From a virus (taxonomy: Duplodnaviria; Caudoviricetes), in IMG/VR virus record IMGVR_UViG_3300010366_000060, positions 1 through 26,113 of that record: DNA of 26,113 nt; one strand, 5' to 3'. The position numbers were made by a program, and so were the translations under genes. Shown here one piece after another: positions 8,135 through 16,817 of the stretch. Below the pieces are notes generated by a model. It was not told the origin of the DNA. It did no database searches and saw only the letters and a list, made by a program, of their open reading frames with translations. The first letter of the stretch is position 1. Every line of letters begins with the position of its first letter.

Positions 8135-8671
8135 ATGCCGCAACACTGGATTGAGCGCGGGCCGGCGACCGGTGGCGCGCCGCCGGATTTCGCGAGTACG
8201 CCGACGGCGAACGGCGCGTATGTCGATGGCTTGACGAACGAACTGGTCATCGGTACGGGCACGTCGGGAGTGACGGGATCCCCGGTGCGCCAAGTGAGCA
8301 GTCTGCGGACGCGCGTCGCCATCGCGGACGTGAACGCCGGCCTGACGCTGCTGCCGGCCGTCGCCGGCCGCAAATATCGGCTCATCGACGCGCAGGCGAT
8401 CGCGGTCGGCGGCGCCGTCGGCGCCACCACGACCGTGGACATCCTCGGCACGCAGAGCAGCGCCAGCGTCAAGCTGGTCAGCTTCGCGCAGGCGAATCTG
8501 ACGCAGTCCACGGTGCTGCGGCCGGGGTCCACCGGCGTGACCGTGCTCGCCGATGGCGCGTCATTCGTGCAAAACGACGTCAACACCGCGATCACGATCG
8601 GCAAGACGGGCAGCGCCGCGACGACGGCGACCGCGATCGACATCGCGCTCAGCTATGCGCTCGAGAGCTAA
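8135..8671 (+). CDS. Putative virion structural protein (head fibre/decoration-like)
   Basis: AGGAGG SD before ATG8135; Ala/Gly/Thr/Val-rich beta-type sequence. Confidence 0.75.
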   Translation: MPQHWIERGPATGGAPPDFASTPTANGAYVDGLTNELVIGTGTSGVTGSPVRQVSSLRTRVAIADVNAGLTLLPAVAGRKYRLIDAQAIAVGGAVGATTTVDILGTQSSASVKLVSFAQANLTQSTVLRPGSTGVTVLADGASFVQNDVNTAITIGKTGSAATTATAIDIALSYALES

Positions 8672-8674
8672 ACC

Positions 8675-9343
8675 GTGGGCTATCGAGAGCAAGTCCTCGC
8701 GGATGGGCCGGTCGGCTACTGGCGACTGGATGACAGCGGATCAACCGCCGTCGATCAGATTGCCGGCGCGAACGGCACCATTATCGGCGGCGTAACGAAG
8801 CTGCAGCCAGGCGCGCTCGCCGACGGCAATCCCGCGATGACGTTCGACGGTTCCACCGGCAAGATCACCACGACGGTGTCGGGGATCGCCTTACCCGTCG
8901 GCTTCGCGCTCGAATACTGGATCCAGACGACCAAAGCGGTGATCGAGCCGGTGATGAGCAATCGGCCCAACGGGGGCGTGGTCTTTACCGGCCTCGACAA
9001 CACCCGCAAGCTCTTTCTGAATGTGAGCGGGGCGGTCAACGGCAACCGTGTGCTGAACGATGGCCTCTGGCATCACGCCGTGATCACGAACGACGGCACG
9101 ACGACCATCTTCTACGCGGATGGCGTCGTGGACCGCAGCGTGGCGCAGACCCTGGCCTCGCAAACGGCGCGCTTCTGGACGTTCGGACAGGATGCGGGGG
9201 ACTGGTGGCTCGGGTCGTTGGACGAGTTGGCGATCTATGCCGCGGTGCTCAGCCCGACGCAAATCGCGCAGCACTACGCGGCCGCCGCGATCGGCGGGGG
9301 CACGTCCTTGTCGCACTTCCGCTATCGCTACGTGGAGAGTTGA
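8675..9343 (+). CDS. LamG/concanavalin A-like lectin-domain protein
   Basis: 'PVGYWRLDD', 'LNDGLWHHAVIT', 'FYADG' and 'GSLDELAIYAAVLSPTQIAQHY' are the LamG-like jellyroll signature. Confidence 0.9.
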   Translation: MGYREQVLADGPVGYWRLDDSGSTAVDQIAGANGTIIGGVTKLQPGALADGNPAMTFDGSTGKITTTVSGIALPVGFALEYWIQTTKAVIEPVMSNRPNGGVVFTGLDNTRKLFLNVSGAVNGNRVLNDGLWHHAVITNDGTTTIFYADGVVDRSVAQTLASQTARFWTFGQDAGDWWLGSLDELAIYAAVLSPTQIAQHYAAAAIGGGTSLSHFRYRYVES

Positions 9344-9355
9344 AGGAGTGCCGGT

Positions 9356-9670
9356 GTGAAGGACTACACCTTGACGCTGAATGGAAGCGCGCAGCAACTC
9401 TCGTCGGCGCTCGCGAATCCCGCGCTGGATCTGCCGTTTCAATCGCTGCATCTGCAGCCCGACGGGGCGAACGCAAACCCGATCTATGTCGGCACCTCCG
9501 CGAGCGTCTCCTCGTCCTCGCATGGCGTGCGCCTGCCGGCCGGGGCGAGTGGCGTCCCGCCCGCGCCCTATATTTTCGAATTCAGCGGGGAGGGGCGGTT
9601 GCGGCTCTCGAGTTTCTATGTGCTGGGCACGAACGCCGAAAAGCTGCACATCCTTGGCGTGGAGCGCTGA
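9356..9670 (+). CDS. Small beta-rich virion protein
   Basis: GAAGGAG SD before GTG; 'NANPIYVG...HGVRL' motif typical of small phage structural proteins. Confidence 0.75.
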   Translation: MKDYTLTLNGSAQQLSSALANPALDLPFQSLHLQPDGANANPIYVGTSASVSSSSHGVRLPAGASGVPPAPYIFEFSGEGRLRLSSFYVLGTNAEKLHILGVER

Positions 9671-10026
9671 TGAGTACGGCCTGTTCGCGCAGCACGACAT
9701 TCACGTACACGGGCGATCTCACGCTGACGCAGACCGTCGAGGCGCTGCAAAACCCGGCCAGTCCCGGCGTGATCGAATTCAAAAATCTCGCGGTCGGCGA
9801 CACCACCATCACGGTGCCGACCGCGACCGATGCGACGGCCGTCAGCGTGACGATCATCCCGCCGCCTGGCAACGTCCACGCGGTGCTGTTGAAAGCCTTA
9901 CCCGGCGATACCGGCCTGCGTCTGCATAACACCGATCCGACGACGCTCGCGCTCGATCCCTCGGTGACGAGTTTCGTGCTCACGTTGTCGACGGCGATTG
10001 CCAACGTGCGGTTCTTCTGGAGTTGA
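9670..10026 (+). CDS. Small beta-rich virion protein
   Basis: TGATG overlap; 118 aa, Thr-rich, high GC3. Confidence 0.75.
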   Translation: MSTACSRSTTFTYTGDLTLTQTVEALQNPASPGVIEFKNLAVGDTTITVPTATDATAVSVTIIPPPGNVHAVLLKALPGDTGLRLHNTDPTTLALDPSVTSFVLTLSTAIANVRFFWS

Positions 10027-10033
10027 GCGCATT

Positions 10034-10807
10034 GTGCCCACGAAGTTGGGAGCGATCGTCGCCAGGACCCGGACGCAGATTCTGGCCCCGCTCGTCCAAT
10101 CCGGCGCGATCAGTCCCGATCAGTTCTGGGACGACGACGAATTGCTCGCCCATACGGTCGCGGGCTGCAAAGACTTCTGGCGGGCGCTGGTCGATCTCCA
10201 TCAGGACCACTTCGTCGGCATCAACACGACAGTCGTTTTGCCCGCTGCTGCCGATGCATTCGTAGGCGTCCCCTCCGATCTCTTTCGCATCCTGCTTCTC
10301 ACGCCGCGCGACGCGAGTGACTACAACAGGCCGATCAGATTCCAGCGGGCGAGTCTGACCTCGCTCGATTTCACGAGCGCGCTCGAGCGGGCCGCCCTCG
10401 ACGTCAGCATGGGGGGCATCGTCTACGTCGCGCTGGTGAACGCCGGATCGCCCGTGATGACGCCGGCGATCCACAACGCGCCGCGCGTCGGCAGTGATAT
10501 CCCATGTCGCCTCGTCTACGTGCCGACGCTGCCGACGTTGACCGCCGACAGCTTCAATCCGATTCCGGGCGAGTCCGATCACGCGCTCATGGCGTGGACG
10601 GCGGCATACGCGCTCGGCAAGCAGAATGCCGACGGCAGCTTCGCACCCGACACGACCTGGCTGCAGGTCTACAGCACCGAAAAAGAGAGCATCAAAGTCG
10701 TGGCCGAACCGCGCGATGCTTCCTCGCCGTCAATCGTGCGCGGGGTGTTCGACGACACCTACGGTCCTGGCCTATCGGGATGGGGCGGCGATTGGGACTG
10801 GTGGTAA
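10034..10807 (+). CDS. Head-to-tail adaptor (P22 gp4 / T7 gp11-like)
   Basis: 'KLGAIVARTR...FWDDDELL' N-terminus and 'PIPGESDHALMAWTAAYAL' C-terminal motif; lies immediately before the nozzle-like genes. Confidence 0.7.
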   Translation: MPTKLGAIVARTRTQILAPLVQSGAISPDQFWDDDELLAHTVAGCKDFWRALVDLHQDHFVGINTTVVLPAAADAFVGVPSDLFRILLLTPRDASDYNRPIRFQRASLTSLDFTSALERAALDVSMGGIVYVALVNAGSPVMTPAIHNAPRVGSDIPCRLVYVPTLPTLTADSFNPIPGESDHALMAWTAAYALGKQNADGSFAPDTTWLQVYSTEKESIKVVAEPRDASSPSIVRGVFDDTYGPGLSGWGGDWDWW

Positions 10808-10810
10808 CGC

Positions 10811-11080
10811 GTGCCCCCGCGCAAGATCTACGGCCTCGGCAGTCTGGGCGTCAACACCGACAGCGACGAATTCGCGCTCGATGATCGGGAGCTGCGGAAA
10901 GCGCAGAACGCCATCACCGATCAGATCAGCGGCGAAGGTCTGATCAATCGCCCCGGCTACGGGGCGGTCAATGCCGTCGCGGCGCCAGGGACGATCCTCG
11001 GCGGCGTCGGCGTGCCGCTCGCGGACCTCTCGAGCGGGACCGCGCATTTCTTCTGGATCGGCCGCGGGCCGACATCCTGA
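10811..11080 (+). CDS. Short protein resembling the N-terminus of tail nozzle / tubular protein B
   Basis: 'GVNTDSDEFALDDRELRKAQNAI...GLINRPG' resembles the conserved start (G-x-N...N...L-x-x-RPG) of P22 gp10 / T7 gp12-type nozzles. Confidence 0.65.
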   Translation: MPPRKIYGLGSLGVNTDSDEFALDDRELRKAQNAITDQISGEGLINRPGYGAVNAVAAPGTILGGVGVPLADLSSGTAHFFWIGRGPTS

Positions 11081-11841
11081 TGGCGACGTATACGCTGTTG
11101 CCGTTGCCGTGGGCGGGTGCTCCCGCCATCTTTGCCACGACACTCGCGGCGCTCTGTAGTCCGAATGCCAGCGATCCCGACATCGGCACGATCAGTACCA
11201 TTGTTGCGAGCAACCCTGATGGCGGCGTCGGGCTCCGTCAAATCGGTGAAGGCTCTACGATTCTGCAAGCCATCACGTCGGGGTCGGGGCCTGGTGGATA
11301 CGTCCCCAACATCACCTTTTACCTTCAGGATGACGGCAGCATCCCAAGCGGGGCCACGATCACCAGTGTCACGGTGCGTGTGCGGGTCAAAGCATCGGCT
11401 GCGGCGAATCTCGACTTTTTGGGTCCGCATCAACCCTTCCAGCTCTTTTCACATGGGAGCTACTCACTTGGTGGGACGAGCGTCGCGGCCTCGGCGGCCA
11501 GTGCCATCGGTTCGACGTATTCCTTCATCGAGACGGATCCGCTCACGGTGAATCCGGCCACGGGCACGCCGTGGCTGCGTGCGGATCTCTTCAGCGACGG
11601 CAATGTTGATGCGGTCGGTAATGGCGCGTGGTTTTTGTACATTCTGCCGACGAATTTCAACAACAGCGTCGAGTTCGATTATGCGGCGCTCGAGGTCATC
11701 GCCGGCGGCACGCCGATGCAGTGGTGCTACAACCCGACGTCCAATCACTACGTCTTCGCTGCGGAGTGTCCTGGCCCGCCATTCATCTCGGTTGCTCCGC
11801 CCACGATCGCGATCACCGGGTTCAGTCCGCGCTCGACATGA
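11080..11841 (+). CDS. Putative tail-associated beta-sandwich protein ending in a partial IPT/TIG strand
   Basis: TGATG overlap; 'IPSGATITSVTVRV' motif; lower GC3; ends 'PPTIAITGFSPRST'. Confidence 0.75.
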   Translation: MATYTLLPLPWAGAPAIFATTLAALCSPNASDPDIGTISTIVASNPDGGVGLRQIGEGSTILQAITSGSGPGGYVPNITFYLQDDGSIPSGATITSVTVRVRVKASAAANLDFLGPHQPFQLFSHGSYSLGGTSVAASAASAIGSTYSFIETDPLTVNPATGTPWLRADLFSDGNVDAVGNGAWFLYILPTNFNNSVEFDYAALEVIAGGTPMQWCYNPTSNHYVFAAECPGPPFISVAPPTIAITGFSPRST

Positions 11842-12140
11842 TCACGATCCACGGTTCCGGGTTCGGCGATGGCGCGACCGTCACCTTCGACGGTCTGCCG
11901 GCGACTGATGTCGTCGTGCACGATCAGACGCGCATCACCTGCACGCCGCCGGCGCACGCGGACGGATTTGTGACCGTCGTGGTCACGAATCCGGACGGCA
12001 CGACGGGTGAGCTGGCCGATACCTTCGTCTACACGACGCTCTCGGTGACGCCTGCGGTTGGGCCGATCGCCGGCGGCACGACGCTCACGCTGACGATCAG
12101 CGATGGCGGCGCGGGCATTACGTGGTTCCAGAACTACTGA
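11838..12140 (+). CDS. IPT/TIG domain protein (fragment-like)
   Basis: ATGA overlap; 'ITIHGSGFGDGATVTFDG...ITCTPPAHADGFVTVVVTNPDG'. Confidence 0.75.
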   Translation: MITIHGSGFGDGATVTFDGLPATDVVVHDQTRITCTPPAHADGFVTVVVTNPDGTTGELADTFVYTTLSVTPAVGPIAGGTTLTLTISDGGAGITWFQNY

Positions 12141-12150
12141 GGATTTGCTG

Positions 12151-15100
12151 ATGCCGACGTGGTCCACCGGCACCATCATCCCGACGGGCAACTACAACCG
12201 CATCGTCTGGGCGGACAGCCTGAACCTGTTTGTGGCGGTCGGCAGTGGGGCGAGCGGTCAGCGGATTGCCACCTCGCCCGATGGCGTGATTTGGACCGGC
12301 CGCTCGGATCCGGTGGCCGGCAGTCCGACCTGGCAGAGTCTCGCGTGGAACGGCAGCGTGCTGGTGGCCGTGTCCTCGAGCAGCAACGTCATCACCAGTC
12401 CCGATGGCGTCACGTGGACCGAGCGCACGCCATCGGAGGCGAACAGTTGGATGGACGTGTGTTGGGCAGCCGAGCTGACTCAGTTTGTCGCGGTCGCCAA
12501 CACCGGCACCCATCGGGTGATGACGAGTCCCGATGGGATCAGTTGGACGAATCACACGGCCTCGAGCGCGAAAGCGTGGAGTGCGGTGGCGTGGTCGTCG
12601 GAATTGACGCTGCTGGTGGCGACCGCCACGACGACCGGCACCGCGTCGATTATGTCGTCGCCAGATGGCGTGACGTGGACGGATCGATCGACGGCGGGCA
12701 CGGTCGCCTTCTCCTCGCACGGACTGGTCTATGCGCCGGCCTTGACGATGTTTGTGGCGGGGACGACGTCGAGCAGCAATCTCTATCGGTCGACCGATGG
12801 CATCACGTGGACGAACTGGTCAGGGCCGCCGGCCGGATGGACCCAACGGCAGCAGACCGGCGTGTGGTGCCCAGAGATCGGGCAATTCGTCTTCACCAGT
12901 AATAGCCTGAACAATCAGGTCCTGACCTCCTCGGATGGCATCACCTGGGCGGCGACGCTGATGGATGACGGGGCCGGCGGGGACTTTTTCGCCATCTGGC
13001 AGGGCATTGGATGGTCCCCGACCTTGAGCGCGGTGTCGCTGCTGAAAGGCGGCGGCAGCACGAGCGTCTATGCGCTCGGCCGCTCCCTGTTGCCGAATAC
13101 GGTGACGCCCGATCACGGCCCGGTCGCCGGCGATACAGCCGCCACGCTGACGGGGACGCCCGATACCTTCGCCGATGACAGTCCGAGCGGGTATTTCGTG
13201 TTCGTGGATAACTATGCGCGGCAGATCGGGATCGACCTCACGGATCCCGAACTGATCTGGAATCCCGCGCAGGGCGGGCAGTTGGCGTACAGCTGGGTCA
13301 ACGACGCGCAACTGACGTGTGTGACGCACGCGCAGCCCTGCGGCCCGACCGACGTCTACGTCGTGGACATGACGAAGCTCGCGCGACACGAGCCGAACAT
13401 CGCGTTCTATCTGCCGCTCGCCTTCACGTATCAGCTCGACGCGCCCACGCTCACGGACATCGCGCCGACCAGCGGCGCGGCCCGCGGCGGCACGCACGTT
13501 GTCCTGACCGGCAGCTTCTCCTGCGTGACGTGCTCGGGCGGCGGCACCGTCCAAGTCGAGATCGGGGGCGTGCCGCTGACGTCCGTCGGCTGCAGCGCCG
13601 ACACCCTCACGGGCATCACGGGCGTGCACGCGGCCGGCGTCGTGGATGTCGTCGTCATCAATCCCGACGGCCAACGCGTCACGCTCGCGAGTGCCTACAC
13701 CTATATCGATGGGCCGACCGTCACCCACATCGATCCGGATCACGGTCCCGATGCGGGCGGGACCGCCGTCACGATCACCGGCACTGGCTTTCAGACCGGC
13801 GCCAGCGTGATGTTCAGTGGGCTCGTGTCGCCCGACACGGCCGTCCCGCCGTCGTTGCTGATCGCCGACGCGTTTGATGTCGTTGTCGTGAATGCCACGA
13901 CGATCACCGCGACGACGAGTGGCAGCGTCGCGGGTGTCTACGACGTCGTCGTCACCAATCCCGACGGCCAGCGCGGGACGCTCGAGCAGGGCTACAGCTA
14001 CGACGGCTGGTGGACCTCGGATCTGCCCACGCCCGTGTGGAGCTATGGCCCGACTCCCCCGGTCCGCCGCATTCCCGGCCGTCGCTGGCGCACGGAGGCG
14101 CCGCTCGCGCCGCCGGTCGATGGCTGGTGGATGTCCACCGCCGCCTATGGTGGCGACATTCTCATCGTCGCCAGCAGCCGACCGAAGGATCCGCGTCGCT
14201 GGAACCAGATCGCGACATTCGCGACCGGCTCGGCCGCGATGCTCGGCGGCTCACCGGGCATTGCCGGCGTCTACCACAACCGCATGGTCTACGCGGCGAG
14301 TGATTACACGGTCGGGACGACGGCGCCGCCACTTCGCATCTACGACGGCAGTTTCGATCGCGAACTGTGTCGGTTGCCGCCGACGAGCACCAGCACCGTC
14401 GCGACGGCCGTCCTGGCGTTGCTCATCGCGAACGGCACCATCTATGTCTCGACATTCGATTCGGGCAGCTCCTCGGCGGACTGGGTGGGGCGGGTCTTCG
14501 CACTGGACCTGAACACGGCCACGCTCTCGCCGATCGGGGCGCCGTTTCCGGCGGGCCATCTGCCGTATGCGCTCACCTGGCACAACGGCATGTTGTGGTG
14601 CGGCACGCATCGGCAGGCGACCGATGTCGCCGGCAAGATCTTTCGCATCCGACCGGACATCGCCGATCCCGCGTGGACGGAGGACGCGACGCTCGCGGTG
14701 GGGTTCAATGTCGCCGCGCTGTGTTCGTGGCACGGCATCCTCTACGCGGGCACGACCGCGCCCGCCGGTACGTTCGCCCAGATTCGCGCGCGGGCGACGG
14801 ACGGGACGTGGAGCGTCGTTGACACGGGCAGCGGGGGCACCGCGACGGCGAATAATGGGTTCCTGGCCTTCTGTCCGTTCGGCCCCGCGCTCTTTGCGAG
14901 CTATTGGAATGCGGATACGCCGGCCATCGCACGCGTGCGCGTTACGAGGGACGGCACGAGTTGGTCGACCAGCTACGGCGGGGCGGCGGGCACCTTGCGC
15001 CCGTTCATCGTGCTCACTGTGGATAAAGACGCCTTGTTCGCGATCGGCGGCGGCGCGCATCTGACGGCCGCGATTGTCCGCTGTGTCCTCACGCCCGATG

Positions 15101-15189
15101 GCCTCGGCGAATTGTGGAGCGACCTGACCCTTGAATTGCCCGACACAGATAAGACCGCGCTTCCGGCGGTCGCGACACTGGTGTTGTGA
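12151..15189 (+). CDS. Large tail/adsorption protein: Asp-box (BNR) beta-propeller, IPT/TIG repeats and C-terminal propeller-like domain
   Basis: Six S-x-DG-x-x-W Asp-box repeats in the N-terminal part, then about three IPT/TIG domains ('PTVTHIDPDHGPDAGGTAVTITGTGF'). GAGGA SD before ATG12151. Confidence 0.88.
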   Translation: MPTWSTGTIIPTGNYNRIVWADSLNLFVAVGSGASGQRIATSPDGVIWTGRSDPVAGSPTWQSLAWNGSVLVAVSSSSNVITSPDGVTWTERTPSEANSWMDVCWAAELTQFVAVANTGTHRVMTSPDGISWTNHTASSAKAWSAVAWSSELTLLVATATTTGTASIMSSPDGVTWTDRSTAGTVAFSSHGLVYAPALTMFVAGTTSSSNLYRSTDGITWTNWSGPPAGWTQRQQTGVWCPEIGQFVFTSNSLNNQVLTSSDGITWAATLMDDGAGGDFFAIWQGIGWSPTLSAVSLLKGGGSTSVYALGRSLLPNTVTPDHGPVAGDTAATLTGTPDTFADDSPSGYFVFVDNYARQIGIDLTDPELIWNPAQGGQLAYSWVNDAQLTCVTHAQPCGPTDVYVVDMTKLARHEPNIAFYLPLAFTYQLDAPTLTDIAPTSGAARGGTHVVLTGSFSCVTCSGGGTVQVEIGGVPLTSVGCSADTLTGITGVHAAGVVDVVVINPDGQRVTLASAYTYIDGPTVTHIDPDHGPDAGGTAVTITGTGFQTGASVMFSGLVSPDTAVPPSLLIADAFDVVVVNATTITATTSGSVAGVYDVVVTNPDGQRGTLEQGYSYDGWWTSDLPTPVWSYGPTPPVRRIPGRRWRTEAPLAPPVDGWWMSTAAYGGDILIVASSRPKDPRRWNQIATFATGSAAMLGGSPGIAGVYHNRMVYAASDYTVGTTAPPLRIYDGSFDRELCRLPPTSTSTVATAVLALLIANGTIYVSTFDSGSSSADWVGRVFALDLNTATLSPIGAPFPAGHLPYALTWHNGMLWCGTHRQATDVAGKIFRIRPDIADPAWTEDATLAVGFNVAALCSWHGILYAGTTAPAGTFAQIRARATDGTWSVVDTGSGGTATANNGFLAFCPFGPALFASYWNADTPAIARVRVTRDGTSWSTSYGGAAGTLRPFIVLTVDKDALFAIGGGAHLTAAIVRCVLTPDGLGELWSDLTLELPDTDKTALPAVATLVL

Positions 15190-15191
15190 TC

Positions 15192-16817
15192 ATGGCGTTT
15201 GCTGTCATTCAAGCGGGCTCGACGTTGCAACTGGTGGGGACCGACGGCACGCTCACGCCGCTGACGCTGCCAAGCGGCATCGAGCTGCGGACGGACGTGC
15301 CGCCGCGCTGGGCCGTCTACGGGCGGTACGTCATCTTGGTCAACACGCCGAGCTGGCCGCTGACGATTGATGGGCGGGGCATCGTGCGCCCCGTGACACC
15401 CCGGGCGCCGCGGCTCGCGGCCGTGCTGAGCGGCGGCGCCGGCGGCACGCTGACCGGCACGTACCGCGTGCGCTACACCTTTGTCATCTTCGATGAGATC
15501 GGCAACGTCATCAGCGAGAGCGACTACAGCCCGACGGGCAATCCCGTCACGATCACGTCGCAGATGCTGAAGGCGTCGAACCTCGAGGTGTCGCCGGATC
15601 CGGTCGACGCGCGCCGCTGCTATCGGACGACCACCAACGGCGCGGTGTATTTCCAATGGGTGGATCTCAACGGCAACGTCCTGACGTCGGTGCAGGATGA
15701 TCTGCCGGATGCGGGCCTCGGTGAGACGGCGGGACCGACGCTGGGCACGCCACCGCGGCTGACCTTGATCGCGGAGTTTCGTGATCGCCTGTTCGGCGTC
15801 GGCGACATCGAAGTCGACAACGTCGTCTACACCGAGACGGGCCTCATGTACGCGTGGAACCCGCTGAACACGATCGTCGTGCCGCGCGTCGGCTCCGACA
15901 CGTTCGGGGTCACGGGCCTCATCAGTCGCCGGGAGGCGCTCGGCGTCGGTCGGTTGAATCGGCTGTCGCAGATCGTCGGCACGGGTGAGCAGTCGGCGGA
16001 TGGCCAAACCGATCTGCGCCTGATCAAGCTGTCCGACGAGACGGGGTTTCTCGGGCAGGAGTCGGTCGTCGTCTATCGCGACACCGTGTACTTCTTATGG
16101 TTCGACGGCGTCTACGAATGGGGCGACAACGGTATCGTGTGTCTGTCGGATGGCCGCGGCGGTCAGGGACGCGTGCGCTCGTGGTTCACCACGGATAATT
16201 ACTTCGACCGTAGCGCGTTCCCGGTGGCGTTCGCGCAGGTCGATCCGAACCGCAACGTCTATCAATTGTTCCTGCAAGATCCGGCGGGCGTGCGGCATCA
16301 CGTCGAGTTCGATCTGATCAATCGCGTCTGGTACGGCCCACATCGCATCGACGCGTTCGCGGCGACCAGTGCGTTCACGCGACTCAACGCCAGCAACGTC
16401 AAAGTCCCCACGGTCGGCGCCACCGATGGCGGCGTCTACGCGCCGACGGCTCGAGCGGCCGATGTGTCGCTCGCGGGCCAGGCGCATGGGATCGCCTACG
16501 AGGTGGACACGCCGGCGTTCGCGGGCTCGTCACCGGATCGGCTGCAGTACTGGGGCGAGCTCTCGGTGCTCGGCCACTCGCAACGCGCCGGCACCCTGAC
16601 GATCACGCCTAGTGTGGGCTATCTCGATGAGCAGGGGGGGGTCGCGCTCAGGCCGCAAGCGCCCATCGCGCACGATCTGCGGAAAGGCCGCGAACGGCTC
16701 CGACGGCTGGGCACGGGCGCGCTCGCGCAGTTGAATCTGCAGCATGACGGCATCGATGAACCGGTGTCGATTCTCGGCATCGAGATCGCCGACCAGCATG
16801 ACGTGGGACGCCGATGA
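15192..16817 (+). CDS. Tail nozzle / DNA stabilization protein (P22 gp10 / tubular protein B-like), main body
   Basis: 'EFRDRLFGVG...VVYTE...AW...GVTGL' and 'VYFLWFDGVYEW' blade motifs; located between adaptor and fibre. Alternative GTG start at 15186. Confidence 0.72.
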   Translation: MAFAVIQAGSTLQLVGTDGTLTPLTLPSGIELRTDVPPRWAVYGRYVILVNTPSWPLTIDGRGIVRPVTPRAPRLAAVLSGGAGGTLTGTYRVRYTFVIFDEIGNVISESDYSPTGNPVTITSQMLKASNLEVSPDPVDARRCYRTTTNGAVYFQWVDLNGNVLTSVQDDLPDAGLGETAGPTLGTPPRLTLIAEFRDRLFGVGDIEVDNVVYTETGLMYAWNPLNTIVVPRVGSDTFGVTGLISRREALGVGRLNRLSQIVGTGEQSADGQTDLRLIKLSDETGFLGQESVVVYRDTVYFLWFDGVYEWGDNGIVCLSDGRGGQGRVRSWFTTDNYFDRSAFPVAFAQVDPNRNVYQLFLQDPAGVRHHVEFDLINRVWYGPHRIDAFAATSAFTRLNASNVKVPTVGATDGGVYAPTARAADVSLAGQAHGIAYEVDTPAFAGSSPDRLQYWGELSVLGHSQRAGTLTITPSVGYLDEQGGVALRPQAPIAHDLRKGRERLRRLGTGALAQLNLQHDGIDEPVSILGIEIADQHDVGRR

